Source: Eledone cirrhosa (taxonomy: Eukaryota). Taken from it: DNA of 64,000 nt. Both the position numbers and the translations under genes were made by a program. The stretch is taken from NCBI GenBank assembly GCA_964016885.1, contig OZ024757.1, positions 41,974,001 to 42,038,000 of the forward strand. Direction: 5' to 3'. The notes under the pieces are model-generated. The model worked only from the letters and a program-made list of their open reading frames with translations. It did not search any database and was not told the origin of the DNA. This document shows, piece after piece, positions 1 to 14,569 of this stretch. Numbering within the stretch: the first letter of the stretch is position 1; every line of letters starts with the position of its first letter.

Positions 1-179
1 ATAGTAAAGTTATTAAAAACATTATATTTTTTTTTAATATTTATTTAAAAATAAAGATAAAATATATTCTATAATCTTTACAAAACTTCCCATAAAATAT
101 TTGTATTAAATGATTCCATTAGCAGAATAAGGTAGCTAATTGACAGAGTCGTTAGAGCATCAGGTAGAATGATTTATGG

Positions 180-456
180 CAGGCATGTTAAACTGAGGGT
201 TCCCCGAGGGCCACATGGGTCACATAAGTGTCGCATATGTGTTGTCTGAGGGCCACACATTACAACTAATTTTTTAAATTTTATATTACGAAGCTAAAAC
301 ATGCTTGCGCTGTAAAAACCTTTGTGTAGGTCGCAGGTGAGCTTGGAAAGGACTGCATGAGGGTCGCAGGTGAGCTTGGAAAGGACTGCATGAGGGCCGC
401 AGGTGTGCTTGTAAAGGGCTGCATGTGACCCGCGGGCAGCATGTTTGACATGCCTG
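180..456. mobile_element. hAT-type non-autonomous DNA transposon (MITE) inserted into a SINE
   Basis: TIRs CAGGCATGT(T)AAAC / GTTTGACATGCCTG; 8-bp near-identical TSD atttatgg (172-179) / ttttatgg (457-464); internal 33-bp tandem repeat at ~329-425; splits a SINE (5' part ~130-179, 3' part ~457-563). Confidence 0.8.
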
Positions 457-609
457 TTTTATGGTATTCATTCTGACTCTGAGTTCAAATCCTGCTGAGG
501 TCAAATTTGTCTTTCATCCTTTCGAAGTCGATAAGAAGAAAAATACCAGTCTAGTACTGGGGTCTATTCTCTCTCTCTCTCTATCTATCTATCTATTTTT
601 CTCTGGAAG

Positions 610-785
610 AAATCTGCTGTACTCAGACCTGGAGAGGGAAGAGCTTCACCAGGCTTTAAATGCCCAAGAAATGCTGTATGTCAAATCAGCAAATCAACGC
701 CCCTACGACTCTTTCAGGAGTTTCGGCTCCCTGCATACATTACCAGAATACATTTGTAGACCTTTCAACACAGAAGTACTTGCTG
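610..785 (+). CDS. Internal coding exon of an unidentified gene (NLLYSDLEREELHQALNAQEMLYVKSANQRPYDSFRSFGSLHTLPEYICRPFNTEVLA)
   Basis: Non-repetitive open frame; pyrimidine-rich tract plus AG at 608-609; donor G|gtacag at 785/786 (phase 1) matches the phase of the next exon. Confidence 0.65.
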
Positions 786-847
786 GTACAGAATTAGTCT
801 CCTACAAACTAATAAAGAATTTAATAGTATTTTCTGAATATTAGGTA

Positions 848-915
848 ATGACTGAAAGAATACGAGCAGTTGAAATGGGATTCCTCCAAAGGGGCTTTGG
901 AGAAATATTACTCGA
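848..915 (+). mobile_element. RTE-clade LINE fragment
   Basis: Translates MTERIRAVEMGFLQR..., resembling the post-RT 'RIQAxEMxFLRR' motif of RTE elements. Confidence 0.55.
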
Positions 916-1245
916 TAGTGATGATGATGGTGTTGTTGCTGTTGTTGGTGTTAGTCACCATCATCACCACCACCACCATCACCACCACCACCACCACCAC
1001 CACCATCATCACCTCACTATCATCACCACCGCCATCATTATTATCATCTCACCATTTCATCACTATCACCATCACTAGCACTACATCACTACTATCACCA
1101 CCACAACCACCACTACTATCACCACCACACCACCACCTCCACTACTATCACCACCACACCACCACCATCATCTCACCATTTCATCACTTCCATCACTTCC
1201 AAACTTTATCTCTTATCTCATCCTCTACTGACCTTTACACCACAG

Positions 1246-1307
1246 ATGGAACATTCTGGACATTTTTTAATAAATACTACAGGAAAATGTTAAACATAAT
1301 TACTTTG
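1246..1307 (+). CDS. Internal coding exon (D/GTFWTFFNKYYRKMLNIITL), same gene as 610-785
   Basis: Branch-like ctgac (1228-1232), acceptor cacag|, donor TTG|gtaaag; phase 1 start joins in frame to 610-785. Confidence 0.7.
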
Positions 1308-1550
1308 GTAAAGACTGAACAACAACAACAGCAGCAACAGCTGTTGTAATTATAATAACAATAATAACAATAATAATAATAATGGTTTCTACTGTAGACA
1401 CAAGGCCAGCAATTTTGGGGGAAGGGGAAAGTTGATTAAATTGACCCCAGTACATTACTGGTACTTTATTTTATCGACCCTGTAAGGGTAAATGAAAAAG
1501 TTGATGGTATACATGGTAAGGAAATATTTTAGGTGTTGTAGGACCAAGGG

Positions 1551-1785
1551 TTAACCCTTTAGTTACCAACCTGGCCAAAACCAGCTCTGGTTCTATGAAA
1601 TAAAATCACACATTTTAAAGGATTCGAATTTAAATTTATATCTTCCAACATAATTTTCTAGGTTGATGTTTACTATCTTAGTAATGAAATAATTAATAAT
1701 TTTAGTAAATCCCTCAAAATTCTTCATAAATTAATTAATTAAAATAGAGTGTATTTCATTAGAAATGCAGTCATGAAAGGATTAA
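1551..1785. mobile_element. piggyBac-like MITE family B (TTAA-CCCTTTAGTTACC...), partial copies also at ~19638-19770
   Basis: TTAA|CCCTTT left end and AAAGGA|TTAA right end; the left end recurs twice at 19638 and 19717. Confidence 0.5.
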
Positions 1786-2878
1786 ATTATTCCAGTATTT
1801 TAACCAAAGTCTAAAGTTTCAATCAGTCTTTAAAGTCTATTGTAAACCAGACTTTCTCGCCATGAAAGAATTAAATCAAAATAACTGGAAGAATAACAAC
1901 AATAACAACAATAATAAAAGAATAACAAACTTACATGGAGGAGATATAAGTAAGAAGAAGATGGAGAAGTGTGTCTGTTGCTGGTGGCGGTATTGGTAGT
2001 AGTAGTAGTGGTGGTGGTGGTGGTTTGGTTTTTAAGGATCCAGTGAAATAATGGCATAAATATGTAGACAGATAGATAGTTGGTTGATATATATATATGT
2101 TGAAAGGTAGATATGTTGATTGATATTCTGTGTACTATACAGGCACCTTTGATGAGTTGTAGTGCACCTGAGCACTGTACACAATAATTTTCATTATTAT
2201 AAGTATATAGGTTGATAAGTCGGAAGCTGATATGTAGATAGGTAGGTCGGTAGGTTGGTATATAGGTCAAAAGGCAAATATGTGGGTAGGTATATAGTTA
2301 GGTAGGTATATATGTAGGTTAATTATATAAATCAAAAGGTAGATATGTATGTAGATAGGTAGGTAGGTTGATGTATAAGTTAGAAGGTAGATAGATATGT
2401 ATTTAAATAGGTAGGAAGGTAGGTAGGTTTATATATAAGTTGGAAGGTAGCATATGTGGGTACGTAGGTAGGTAAATAGGTAGGCAGGTAGGTAGGTAAG
2501 TAGCGAGGTTGGTAAGTTGATATATAAGTTAGAAGGTAGATATGTATTCAAGCAGGTAGGTAGGTAGGTAGAAAGATATGTAGATAGGTATATAGGTAGG
2601 TAGGTAGATATATAGGTAAACAGGTGTGTACATAGGTAGATATATAGGTAAATAGGTATATAGGTAGGTAAATACAAAGGTGCGTTTGTAGGTAGATATG
2701 TAGGTAGACAGGTGGGTAGGTAGGTAGGTAGATAGGTGTGTGTGTAGGTAGGTATGTAGAAAGGTAGGTAAATACAAAGGTGTGTAGGTGTGGGTAAATA
2801 GATAGGTAGGTAGGTGTGTAGGTAAATATGTAAATATTAACAAGACATCTTAGAAGTATATATAGAACAAGGTAGATA

Positions 2879-2943
2879 TTATCCGGTATAATAAGATATG
2901 TTGTCCGTACATTCTCTCCACTGGTAAATAACAACAAGGACAA
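2879..2943 (-). CDS. Candidate terminal exon (xVLVVIYQWRECTDNISYYTG*)
   Basis: Strong acceptor ccccccccctctctctacag| on the minus strand; unique sequence within microsatellites; phase 1 start is compatible with exon 14570-14638. Frame not certain. Confidence 0.35.
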
Positions 2944-3465
2944 CTGTAGAGAGGGGGGGGGACAACAACAACAAACAATCAGTATTATAGTAGCAAGTCA
3001 GTATTGTTGTTGTTGTTGTTGTTATGAAGTCCAGCCAACAACTTCAGATATGAAACTTATGGCTTTTGGATATAACTTGTAGGAATTCCCATTTCCCACC
3101 CATATATATGTATATATATATATGTGTGTGTGTGTATGTGTACATGCATGTCTCTATGTTTATGTATGTGTGTCTGTGTGTACATGTATGGTTGTGTGTA
3201 CGTGTATGTGTGTACGTGTGTGTGTCTATGTATATGTGTCTATGTTTATGTATGTGTGTGTACGTGTATGTGTGTCTGTGTGTACATGTATGGTTGTGTG
3301 TACGTGTATGTGTGTGTGTACGTGTATGTGGGTGTCTATACTTATGTGTCTATATATATATATGTGTGTGTGTCTATGTTTATGTATGTGTGTCTGTGTG
3401 TACATGTATGTGTGTCTGTGTCTATATGTGTGTGTGTGTCTATGTTTATGTATGTCCACAATAAG

Positions 3466-3549
3466 GTAGCTAATTGCACAGGAAATGAAACCAAAAGATG
3501 GAGAAGTCGCAGACTGATCCAAGAATCTCTTGGAGATATCGAACATCAC
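3466..3549 (+). CDS. Candidate next exon of the + strand gene (VANCTGNETKRWRSRRLIQESLGDIEHH, or from acceptor 3481: EMKPKDGEVAD*)
   Basis: Unique sequence between microsatellites; either of two acceptors (ataag 3465, gcacag 3481) can follow the phase-0 end of exon 1246-1307; possible donor CAC|gttaga. Confidence 0.45.
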
Positions 3550-4559
3550 GTTAGATTGTTGTTGTTACTGTTGTTAATGTTGCTGTTGTTATATATCAAC
3601 AACAGCAATGTACTATATCATGGCTATATCACGTTAAATTGTTGTTACTGTTACTGTTGTTAATATCTTTACATATCAACACAACAGTGGTTATATCACA
3701 TCAGGTTGTGATGTTGTTGTTGTTATTAATGTTGTTGTTGTTGTTGTTGTTACAGTTATGGTTGCTGTTATTACTGTTGTTGTTATATAAAAACAACAGC
3801 TGTGCAATATATCATGGCAATATCATGTTAAATTGTGTTGTTGTTGTTGATGTTGTTGTTATTACAGTTGTTACTGCCTGATATATATCAACACAACAGC
3901 AGTGTAGTATATCACAGTTATATCATATTAAATTATATATCAACACAACAGCAGTGTAGTATATCACAGTTATATCATATTAAATGGTGTTGTTGTTACT
4001 GTTATATATCAACACAACAGCAGTGTAGTATATCAGTTATATCATATTAAATGGTGTTGTTGTTACTGTTATATATCAACACAACAGCAATGTAGTATAT
4101 CAGTTATATCATATTAAATGGTGTTGTTGTTACTGTTATATATCAACACAACAGCAGTGTAGTATATCAGTTATATCATATTAAATGGTGTTGTTGTTAC
4201 TGTTATATATCAACACAACAGCAGTGTAGTATATCACAGTAATACCAGTTATCAATACAGCCGTGTGATAAACCAGTAAACCACTAAAGTACAATATCAT
4301 ATCTGTGTCATTGATTTAGGTTAGTTGTTTAGTTAGTTAAGATTACTTAACCAGAACAAAATGGCTGCTGGAGAGGGGGGGGACTGTGAGAGAGGGGGAG
4401 GGGTAGCGATGGGGAGAATGTATGAGAGGGGGTGGGGGTGAGAATCCCTCGGTGGGATAATGTAATGTTGATAATGGTTCGTTAAGCCTCATTAAATGAA
4501 ATGTAGACAAGTTAATTGTTAAATGAGTCACAATTAAGAGGATATATAATAATATTCCG

Positions 4560-4740
4560 GGTGGAGACTCGTAGCCTAGTGGTTAGGGTGTTAGACTTAG
4601 GGTCAAAAATGTTGTGAGTTTGATTCCTGGGTTGTGTTGTTGTGTTCTTGAGTAAAACACTTCATTTCACGTTGCTCCAGTATACTACAGTGGAGGTACA
4701 TAGCCTAGTGGTTAGGGTGTTAGACTTAGGGTCAAAAATG
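4560..4740 (+). mobile_element. tRNA-derived SINE with duplicated 5' head
   Basis: A-box-like tagcctagtgg and B-box-like gtttgattcc followed by gtgttcttgagtaaaacactt; head repeated at ~4690-4740. Confidence 0.6.
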
Positions 4741-6028
4741 TTCTACAGAAGATGGAATTTTCACTCGTGGTTTAAAAAAAAACAAAACCCTAGTCAAACC
4801 TGCTCCGTTCAACTCTGACCTTGGTTTTCTACCCACACTAGCGTGGAAGATAGACGTTAAACCATGATGAGGAGGAGGAGGAGAAGGAGGAGGAAAGAAA
4901 ACATATCTACCTTCCGATATAGTGTGTGTGTGTGTGTGTAAGAGAGAGAGTGTGTGTGTGTCTGTGTATGAGTGTGTGTGTGTGTGAGAATGTGTGAGTC
5001 TGTGATTTGGATATAGGACATGAAAGAATTGTTTGCGTTTTTTTTCTCTAATTTATTACATGTCCCCCACCCACACATTCCGATGGAGTTTGGAGGTGTG
5101 GGGGAGTGTAGCGAGGGTGGGAGAGTGTAGAGAGGGTGGGGGAGACAGTTAATGAAGTCATTCTGTAGTATATTAGAACAAATAATAAATAAAATAAATA
5201 TATAAACAAACACACAACTGCAATAACCACCACAATGCCGAGGAGGTCAAACTACAGTTGTTGAGCCAACACCACTGACACTACAGCCAATACCATTACT
5301 ACACCACCACCACTGACACTACAGCCAATACCATTACTACACCACCACCACTGACACTACAGCCAATACCATTACTACACCACCACCACTGACACTACAG
5401 CCAATACCATTACTACACCACCACCACTACCACCACTGACACTAGAGCCAACACCACTGACACTACCACCAATACCATTACTACAGCCAACACCACTGAC
5501 ACTACCACCAATACTGTTACTACACCACCACTACACCATCACCACCACTACACCAACACTACAACACCAACTACAACAACACCCAACACTACCTCCACTA
5601 CAACAGTTCTTCAGCCACCAATAACCACCACCACCATTACCTCTCCTCCACCATCACCACTTCCCCCTACACCACAACAACAACAACAACAACAACATAT
5701 ATTGACTTCTATCTAATTCCCTTCCTGAGTTCTGTTAGCCAAATATATTGGCACTGTTGACATTTTGGTAATGAGTTGAAGCAATGGTTACCTGGATCAA
5801 CTTGTGTCTGTATATACGCACATATATGTGTATATATACACACACACATATATGTATATATATATATGTCTGTGTGTGCATGTGTGTCTGTATATATATA
5901 TATATATATATATCTGTATGTGTGTATATATATATGTGTGTGTGTGTTTGTTTGTGTGTCCTTATATATATATATATATATGTGTATGTGTGTGTGTGTA
6001 TATATATATGCGTGTCTGTATGTGTATG

Positions 6029-6065
<37 letters not shown>

Positions 6066-6270
6066 CTATATATGGTGTGTGTGTGTAGTTATCTCCTTTT
6101 CACTAAGAACAGGGCTAATTGCTATAGTTAAATAAATCAACACCTGTATATACAGCCTCTATCATGTAATATATTACTGGTACTTAGATTATGTCTGTGT
6201 GTATATATATATATTGTCTAACCTATGCTAGCGTGGAAGATGGTCGTTAAATGATGATGATAATGATGAC

Positions 6271-6308
<38 letters not shown>

Positions 6309-8187
6309 TCATCATCGTTTAACATCCACTTTCCACTCTAGCATGGGTTAGACAGGTTGTCCCATTTGAGGCAGGTTTGGTCTGGTGACCATGTCTTGCT
6401 CATATAGAACTGTTTCTGACAAGGTATCTACGGATGGATGCCCTTCCTAATGTCAACCACATTTACAGTGTAGACTGGGTGCTTTTGTTGTGACACCTAC
6501 ATGACCACTTTACAGTGTGGACTGGGTATATATTGTTCACATTGTAAGGGTGGTGTGGACAACAGTGGGTGTATGCTAGCGTAGAAGGTAGACGTTAAAT
6601 GATGATATATATATATATATATGTTTATTATAAAGAGTGGATCCCAACACTTTATAATAAAACCATACTCTACTACCCAAAGTATTGAGTACTCGGTTGA
6701 GAAATAGTCTAACTAGTTTCAAACTGCATCCAGCCTGATTTCATCATATATATATATATATATGTGTGTGTGTTTTGTGTGCGTGTGTGTGTGTTGAGAA
6801 CAATACTTTAACATCAGTATGAATGGCTGGTTTGAACAGAAAGATGTGAGAGAATTCTGGCCAGATACAGCCGGTTTAAATGCTGAAGGATTAAGGTAAA
6901 TTTTGCTGCTATTTCTAGCAGAATCCAGCAACCACATAGAGATTCCGTTGTTGGCTTGTATGTCAAGTAGTTTATTTCATGTTCTTGTTGTTATTATAGG
7001 TAGTTTCTCTATAATGATCTTTATAGTTAAATCACCTGAAACTTTCCTCCTACATCACATCTTAACGGACTGATGGTGGTGATGATGATGATGGTGCAGA
7101 GACTTTCCTCCTACATCACATCTTAACGGACTGATGGTGGTGATGATGATGATGGTGCAGAGACTTTCCTCCTACATCATATCTTAACGGACAACTTAAG
7201 TTCAGAAAAAAAAAATATGTAGGATGCTGATTTTTTTTTTTTTTTTTTAACCGACCAGCCTCTCTCACTTCTGGTCCACATCCACCACTACCTTCTACTA
7301 ATATTATAACAGTGCAAAAAATATCTAATGGTGAGAGGTTGGGGGGGGGGGGGGGACACTTATGTATAGATGGATGAGGAACTTTTAATGACAAGATTGA
7401 GAAAAGTCTGCAAAGATAGTTTATAACAACTACAACAACAGGTTTCTTACATGATGATGATGGTGATGATGATGATAATTATGATGGTGGTGGTGATAAT
7501 GATGGTGATGATGATGATGTTGGTGATGATGTTGGTGATGATGATGATAATGATGGTGGTGGTGATGATGATAATGATGATTATGACGAAGATAATGATG
7601 AAGATGATGGTGGTGGTGATGATGATGAAGATGATGGTGGTGGTGATGATGATGATAATTATGATGATGGTGATATTTTATATAACAACAACAACATGCT
7701 TCTTACATAATAATAATAATAATAATGATGGTGACGATGGTGGTGGTGGTGGTGGTGGTGGTGGTGGTGGTGGTGGTGGTGGCGGTGGTGGTGGTGGTTT
7801 CTTACATAACAACAACTATAATAATTTTAATAATTCATGTCAACCTTTTATTTCCTCTGCAATTTGGAGGAAATTTGAGAAATGTTGCCAATTATTATCA
7901 GTAAGTTCGTTTGAAAAGATGAGCCACAGGAATTAAATGACGGACAAATAAAAAAACAACAAAAAACTTTTTAAAAACTTAAATAAAAACTTTTTAAAAA
8001 AACCCCAAAACAGAAAAGAAGAAGATAGTTTTATGATGATGAGGTAATATACTTCAAAGACACAGTAATAGGAGTTAAGTTAGTGTCATGAGAAAGGTGG
8101 TGTTGAGTATATTTGGTATATTGGGGGGAGTGTGGAGTTTAGAAACTGTCGTCTTTCACATAACACCAACTGTTCAGTTGAATGGTT

Positions 8188-9100
8188 GGTTCAATAAGGC
8201 CAGCAATGATTTAACTTTTTAGTATTTAAACCAGCCATATCCGGCCATGGTTCAGTAAGGCCAGCAATGATTTAACTCTTTAGTATTTAAACCAGCCATA
8301 TCCGGCCATGGTTCAGTAAGGCCAGCAATGATTTAACTTTTTAGTATTTAAACCAGCCATATCCGGCCATGGTTCAGTAAGGCCAGCAATGATTTAACTT
8401 TTTAGTATTTAAACCAGCCATATCCAGCCATGGTTCAGTAAGGCCAGCAATGATTTAACTTTTTAGTATTTAAACCAGCCATATCCAGCCATGGTTCAGT
8501 AAGGCCAGCAATGATTTAACTTTTTAGTATTTAAACCAGCCATATCCGGCCATGGTTCAATAAGGCCAGCAATGATTCAACTCTTTAGTATTTAAACCAG
8601 CCATATCCGGCCATGGTTCAGTAAGGCCAGCAATGATTTAACTTTTTAGTATTTAAACCAGCCATATCCGGCCATGGTTCAGTAAGGCCAGCAATGATTT
8701 AACTTTTTAGTATTTAAACCAGCCATATCCAGCCATGGTTCAGTAAGGCCAGCAATGATTTAACTTTTTAGTATTTAAACCAGCCATATCCGGCCATGGT
8801 TCAGTAAGGCCAGCAATGATTTAACTTTTTAGTATTTAAACCAGCCATATCCGGCCATGGTTCAGTAAGGCCAGCAATGATTTAACTCTTTAGTATTTAA
8901 ACCAGCCATATCCGGCCATGGTTCAGTAAGGCCAGCAATGATTTAACTCTTTAGTATTTAAACCAGCCATATCCAGCCATGGTTCAGTAAGGCCAGCAAT
9001 GATTTAACTTTTTAGTATTTAAACCAGCCATATCCGGCCATGGTTCAGTAAGGCCAGCAATGATTTAACTCTTTAGTATTTAAACCAGCCATATCCGGCC
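8188..9100 (+). repeat. 61-bp tandem satellite, ~15 copies, built from the left end of piggyBac-like MITE A plus flank
   Basis: Unit ggttcagtaaggccagcaatgatttaactttttagtatttaaaccagccatatccggccat; the last unit runs into the complete MITE. Confidence 0.95.
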
Positions 9101-9361
9101 AGAATTCTCTCACTTCTTTCTGTTCAAACCAGCTGTAACTGGCCAGAACTCTCTCACCTCTTTCTGTTCAAACCGGCCATAACCGGCTAGAATTCTTTCA
9201 TCTCTTTCTCTTCAAACTGGCTGTAACTGGCTGCTCATACTGATATTAAGGTATTGTTCTCAAAATAAATATCAGAATCTCGTAGATTCGATATTATATG
9301 AGATAAAGCCTTTACTGTGAAAATATGATACTAAATATAGAGTAATGTGAATGCTAAAGGG
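9069..9361. mobile_element. piggyBac-like MITE family A (~290 bp)
   Basis: TTAA|C(T)CTTTAG(T)ATTTA ... GAATGCTAAAGGG|TTAA; further copies or fragments at ~6800-6895, 13235-13397, 37155-37692, 48144-49993, 53905-55720, 63545-63724. Confidence 0.8.
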
Positions 9362-10529
9362 TTAAACTCTTTTAATGTCAAACTGCCTGAAACTGCTCTT
9401 GGTTCTGTGATGCCAAAAACTGAAGTTATGGTAAAACACACTTGTCCAAGAGACCAAGGACAAGAGGACCACTTGCCATGTGCCTTCAATTTTGAAGGAC
9501 CTATTCATTTCAAGTATATTGAGCACTGGTTACTAAAATACTTGATCTTTTTAATGTGCGTATGTGTCAAAACCTGTCCAACCCATGCTAGCAAGGAAAG
9601 CAGACATTAAATGAAGTAAGTTGGGTTCAGTGACCGTGTCTTGCTCATATAGGACTGTTTCTGGCTGGTTTTCTACAGCTGGATGCCCTTCCTAACCCCA
9701 ACCACATTTACAGTATATATATATATATATATATAAATATATATATCATCATCATCACAGTTTTACGTCCGTTCTTCCACGCTAACATTGGTTAGACGGG
9801 TTGTCCTGTTGTGGGCAGTGTCTAGTCAGCTGACCTTGTCTTGCCCATACGGGAACATATATATATATATATATTCCACACACACACTGCTGCTGCTGCT
9901 GCTGCTGTTGGAGAAAGTTCTAGTTTGTGATTTGTAAACATGTCTTTTGAAATGTATGGCAGTAGTGTGTGGGTAGGTGTGTGTATGTATGTGTAGGTGT
10001 GTATGTAGATGTATGTGTATATATGTATGTGTGTAGGTGTATGTATGTGTGGGTGTGTATGAATGTGTCTCCAAGTAATAGATTGGTGGTGGGGGTGATG
10101 AGAAAGAGGGGGAGATGGGGGGGGAGAGAGAGAGAGGGGGGGGGGTTTCAGTCAAATCATATTTAGGAATATTTGCCAACAAAACATAAATAATATTTCT
10201 CTTGTATCGATATAATGTAATTTGTTTACAGTAAACATTGCAGTATACTTGGCTGTTGTTGTTGGTCTCAGGGCCGCCCTCCCCCTCCTGTCATTGCTAC
10301 CCCACCCACATTAATATATCATATAGGATCTATAGACCTGGATAGTTGAGGAGGGTGGGGGGTAGCAACCTAACACATACATATATATATACTTATACAT
10401 ATATACATACATACACACGCACATATACAAACACAGAGAGGAAAGGTTGATGTGGGGAGGGGGAGAGGGAGAGAGACATGTGGAGAGGGAGAGAGAGAGG
10501 GGGGAGCAGACCTCCAGGAAAATAGACAC

Positions 10530-11125
10530 ACCTCCTGATGCACTGTAGTACCTCACAACAGATTACCTCCAGATATACTGTAACACCTCACAACAGATCA
10601 CCTCCTGATGTACTGTAGTACCTCACAACAGATCACCTCCAGATGTACTGTAGTACCTCACAACAGATCACCTGATGTACTGGAGTACCTCACAACAGAT
10701 CACCTCCAGATGTACTGTAACACCTCACAACAGATCACCTCCAGATGTACTGTAGTACCTCACAACAGATCACCTCCAGATGTACTGTAACACCTCGCAA
10801 CAGATCACCTCCAGATGTACTGTAACACCTCGCAACAGATCATCTCCAGATGTACTGTAACACCTCACAACAGATCACCTCCAGATGTACTGTAACACCT
10901 CACAACAGATCACCTCCTGATGTACCTCACAACAGATCACCTCCAGATGTACTGTAAGACCTCACAACAGATCACCTCCAGATGTACTGTAACACCTCAC
11001 AACAGATTACCTCCTGATGTACTGTAGTACCTCACAACAGATCACCTCCAGATGTACTGTAACACCTCACAACAAACCACCTCCAGATGTACTGTAACAC
11101 CTCACAACAGACCACCTCCAGATGA
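10530..11125 (+). repeat. 35-bp minisatellite, ~17 copies
   Basis: Unit cacctccagatgtactgtaacacctcacaacagat. Confidence 0.95.
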
Positions 11126-11461
11126 CACACCACCACCGCTATCTGTAATCAATCTCTTCAGACTGGGTGACCTCTAAAGGTCACAAGCACTGTGTTCTTA
11201 CCACCACAACCACCACCACCACCACCACTACCACCGCCACCACCACCACCACTACTACCACCACCACTACTACTACCACCACCACCGCTGCCGCCACCAC
11301 CACCACTACTACCACTACCACCACCTTTTTGTCCTCCTCTTCCTTTAACACATAGAAAACTGACACCATAAACACCCAGTTCACATAAGAATTGGAATAT
11401 CATCATCATTAACAACACCATTACATCCAAATATACAAACATATTTATATACCTACACACA

Positions 11462-11521
<60 letters not shown>

Positions 11522-12099
11522 TACACACACACATAAGTACACACACACCCACATATATATATATATATATATATATATGTATACACTGGAATGTGTAAGG
11601 TGTGTGTACGAAAGAGCAGCTGTTTAGCTTCAGTGATTCCATTATATAGTTGTAGCAATCAACTGTACTTTAGCAGCAGAACTTATATAAACTAGGAGAG
11701 AGATTCATACTTAATCCATTTACTTCAATCATAAGATTTCTGCCATGTTAAACACAGATATATACACACACATATGTATACATATATATACACACACACA
11801 CATGTATACATATATATATACATACATATATAAACATATACATACATACACACATCTCATATACATATATTTATATATATATAAAAATAACAGATTAAAG
11901 TTTAATAAATATTTTAATAAATATTTACTCTATAGTTTTTATATATTTGATATATATTATCCATATTGAGCCCTCTTTGGATTTTAGTCTTCACGTTTAT
12001 TATTATTACTATAACATTTCCTATTACCCACTCTACTACCCTAAGTATTGAGTACTCTGGTTCGCTATGGTCCATCTGGTTCCTTACCACACCTCCTCC

Positions 12100-12132
<33 letters not shown>

Positions 12133-12675
12133 TCATACATACATATATATGTATACATACATATATATACATACATATATTTACATATACAAGTACTTAT
12201 ACAAATACATATATATCAAACACACACCACCTCAATCACTCATCAGTCACACCAACCACACACAACACACCAACCACACACAACACACCAACCACACACA
12301 ACACTCAATACACCAACCACACACACCACACACAACACACACAACACACCAACCACACAACACACCAACCACACACAACACTCAACACACCAACCACACA
12401 CAACACACAACACACCAACCACACACAACACACCAACCACACACAACACACCAACCACACACATCAATAACTATCTTTATAATTACTTCATAAACTTTAC
12501 AGAAAACAGATTTGGCAGTCATTTGTTGTGAAGTTCTTTGTCAGAGAATAACCATGACAAATTCAACATAAAGGTAAGTTTGTTTTTTGTCATATCAGGT
12601 AACACAAAGAGACACATACACACATACACACATATATATATATATATATATGTGTATATGTATGTATGTCTGTGA

Positions 12676-12717
<42 letters not shown>

Positions 12718-12760
12718 TCACAGACATACATATACACACATACATACATACATACATACA

Positions 12761-12791
<31 letters not shown>

Positions 12792-13900
12792 GCATACATA
12801 CACACCACAAACATTATATATATACCACTAACATGTACACACACACCACAACCATGTACACACACACATATATATATATATACACTCTAATATACACAAC
12901 ATCACCCCCAAAACTCTTTATGCCACCCAGGTAACACAGAAGCAATTGTATAGAAAAGTAAATATATTTCTATAAAATATTTCTTCTGAGAAATATGGAC
13001 GGCAAAGATGAAAGAGAAGAAACAGCAGCAACAACAACAACAACACCCTCACCAACCACAACACCCTCACCAACAACAACAACAACAACAACACCCTCAC
13101 CACCAACAACACCCTCACCAACAACAACTTTTATAGTTGTAATATATATATAGACTAATATTATATCATATACTATTTTGCTCTTTTACCTGTTCCAGCC
13201 ATCCAGCTGAGGCTATGCTGGGGCACTGCCCTTTGATGTTTCCTGTTCAAACCGACTCTAACCGGTTGCTCATACTGATGTTAAGGTATTGTTCTCCAAA
13301 TAAATAATATCAAAGTCTCGTATATTCGATATTAAGTGAGGTAAAGCCACTACCATGAAAATATAATGGTATATATAGAGTAAATGCTAAAGGGTTAAAT
13401 CTCTGTGCTTGGGGAGGTAAAAAAAAGATGCTTGTTTTACCTGACCCAGGGGGATAAAATACTAACTCAATCCTGGGCAAGATTTGAACTTAGAATGAAA
13501 ACAGACCAAACTAAGTTTGTAAATCATAAAATAAATATTGACAGAGATATTGAAGTAGGTTCTAGATTTTTTTTTTCCAAATATACCATAACTAATTCTT
13601 TATATATTGATTTTAAATGATAGATATATCCACCATCTGTTTGTTAAACTGTTTGACAATTTAGTCAACATCTACAACAATAACAACAATAGTACCTGTA
13701 AGAGAGATGGAATTGTCAATAAGAAGCTCAGCTAAAGAGATCACATCAACAATAGTGTTCATATGGAAAACTTTCTGGTCCAGATGTCATCAACTGTTGC
13801 TAGATTTCATCTAGAGTACTGGTGAACTTTATTGTCACCCCACACCACCTAACTTTGTAGTCACCCCACTTATTTAAATACAAAATAACTCATTTTTGTG

Positions 13901-13950
<50 letters not shown>

Positions 13951-14338
13951 TTGATTTTTTAAACATATATATATCTACCACCTGTTATACATGGCATGTA
14001 TGTATATATGTATGGCTATATATATAAAATAAAAGCCTAGTCACTGAGGAGGTCATAGAATGTGACAACAGAGCTTTGACAATATATAAACAACCTTCTG
14101 GTTATTGAACAAGCAACCAACTGGAAACTTATAAGAAATTGAAGGGAAAACCAACAGGTGTGTGTGTGTTTTTATTAAAGGTAGTGTTGAAAATATATGA
14201 GAGAAAAGCCTGAAGAGAGCTAGAGGGGGGGGGGGTAGAGAGGGAGAGAATCAAAGAAAGAGAGAAAGGTAGAGAGGGAGTTAGAGAGAGAGATATATAT
14301 TGAGAGAAAGGTAGAGATAGATAGAGAGAGAGAGTTAA

Positions 14339-14380
<42 letters not shown>

Positions 14381-14569
14381 TTAACTCTCTCTTTCTATCT
14401 ATATGACTCATACTCTCTATCTCTACCTTTCTCTCTCTCTATAGAGAGAGAGAGAGGGGGGGAGAATAAGAGTAAGAGAGACTCTAACACAGAGAATACA
14501 TATGAGAATTGCCTGAAAAGAGAGAGAGTGGGCAGGAATTTGAAATAAAGACATAGAAGATAAACTGAC

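Noticed and set aside
8188-9100. CRISPR-like regular arrays (also 26511, 43333, 48290)
   Set aside because: Head-to-tail identical units with no unique spacers, no cas genes, and a eukaryotic context.
13695-13825. Possible exon (similar ambiguous segments at 25080-25180, 25555-25675, 56995-57060, 57245-57430)
   Set aside because: Unique-looking sequence, but no self-consistent combination of acceptor, open frame and donor could be fixed on either strand.
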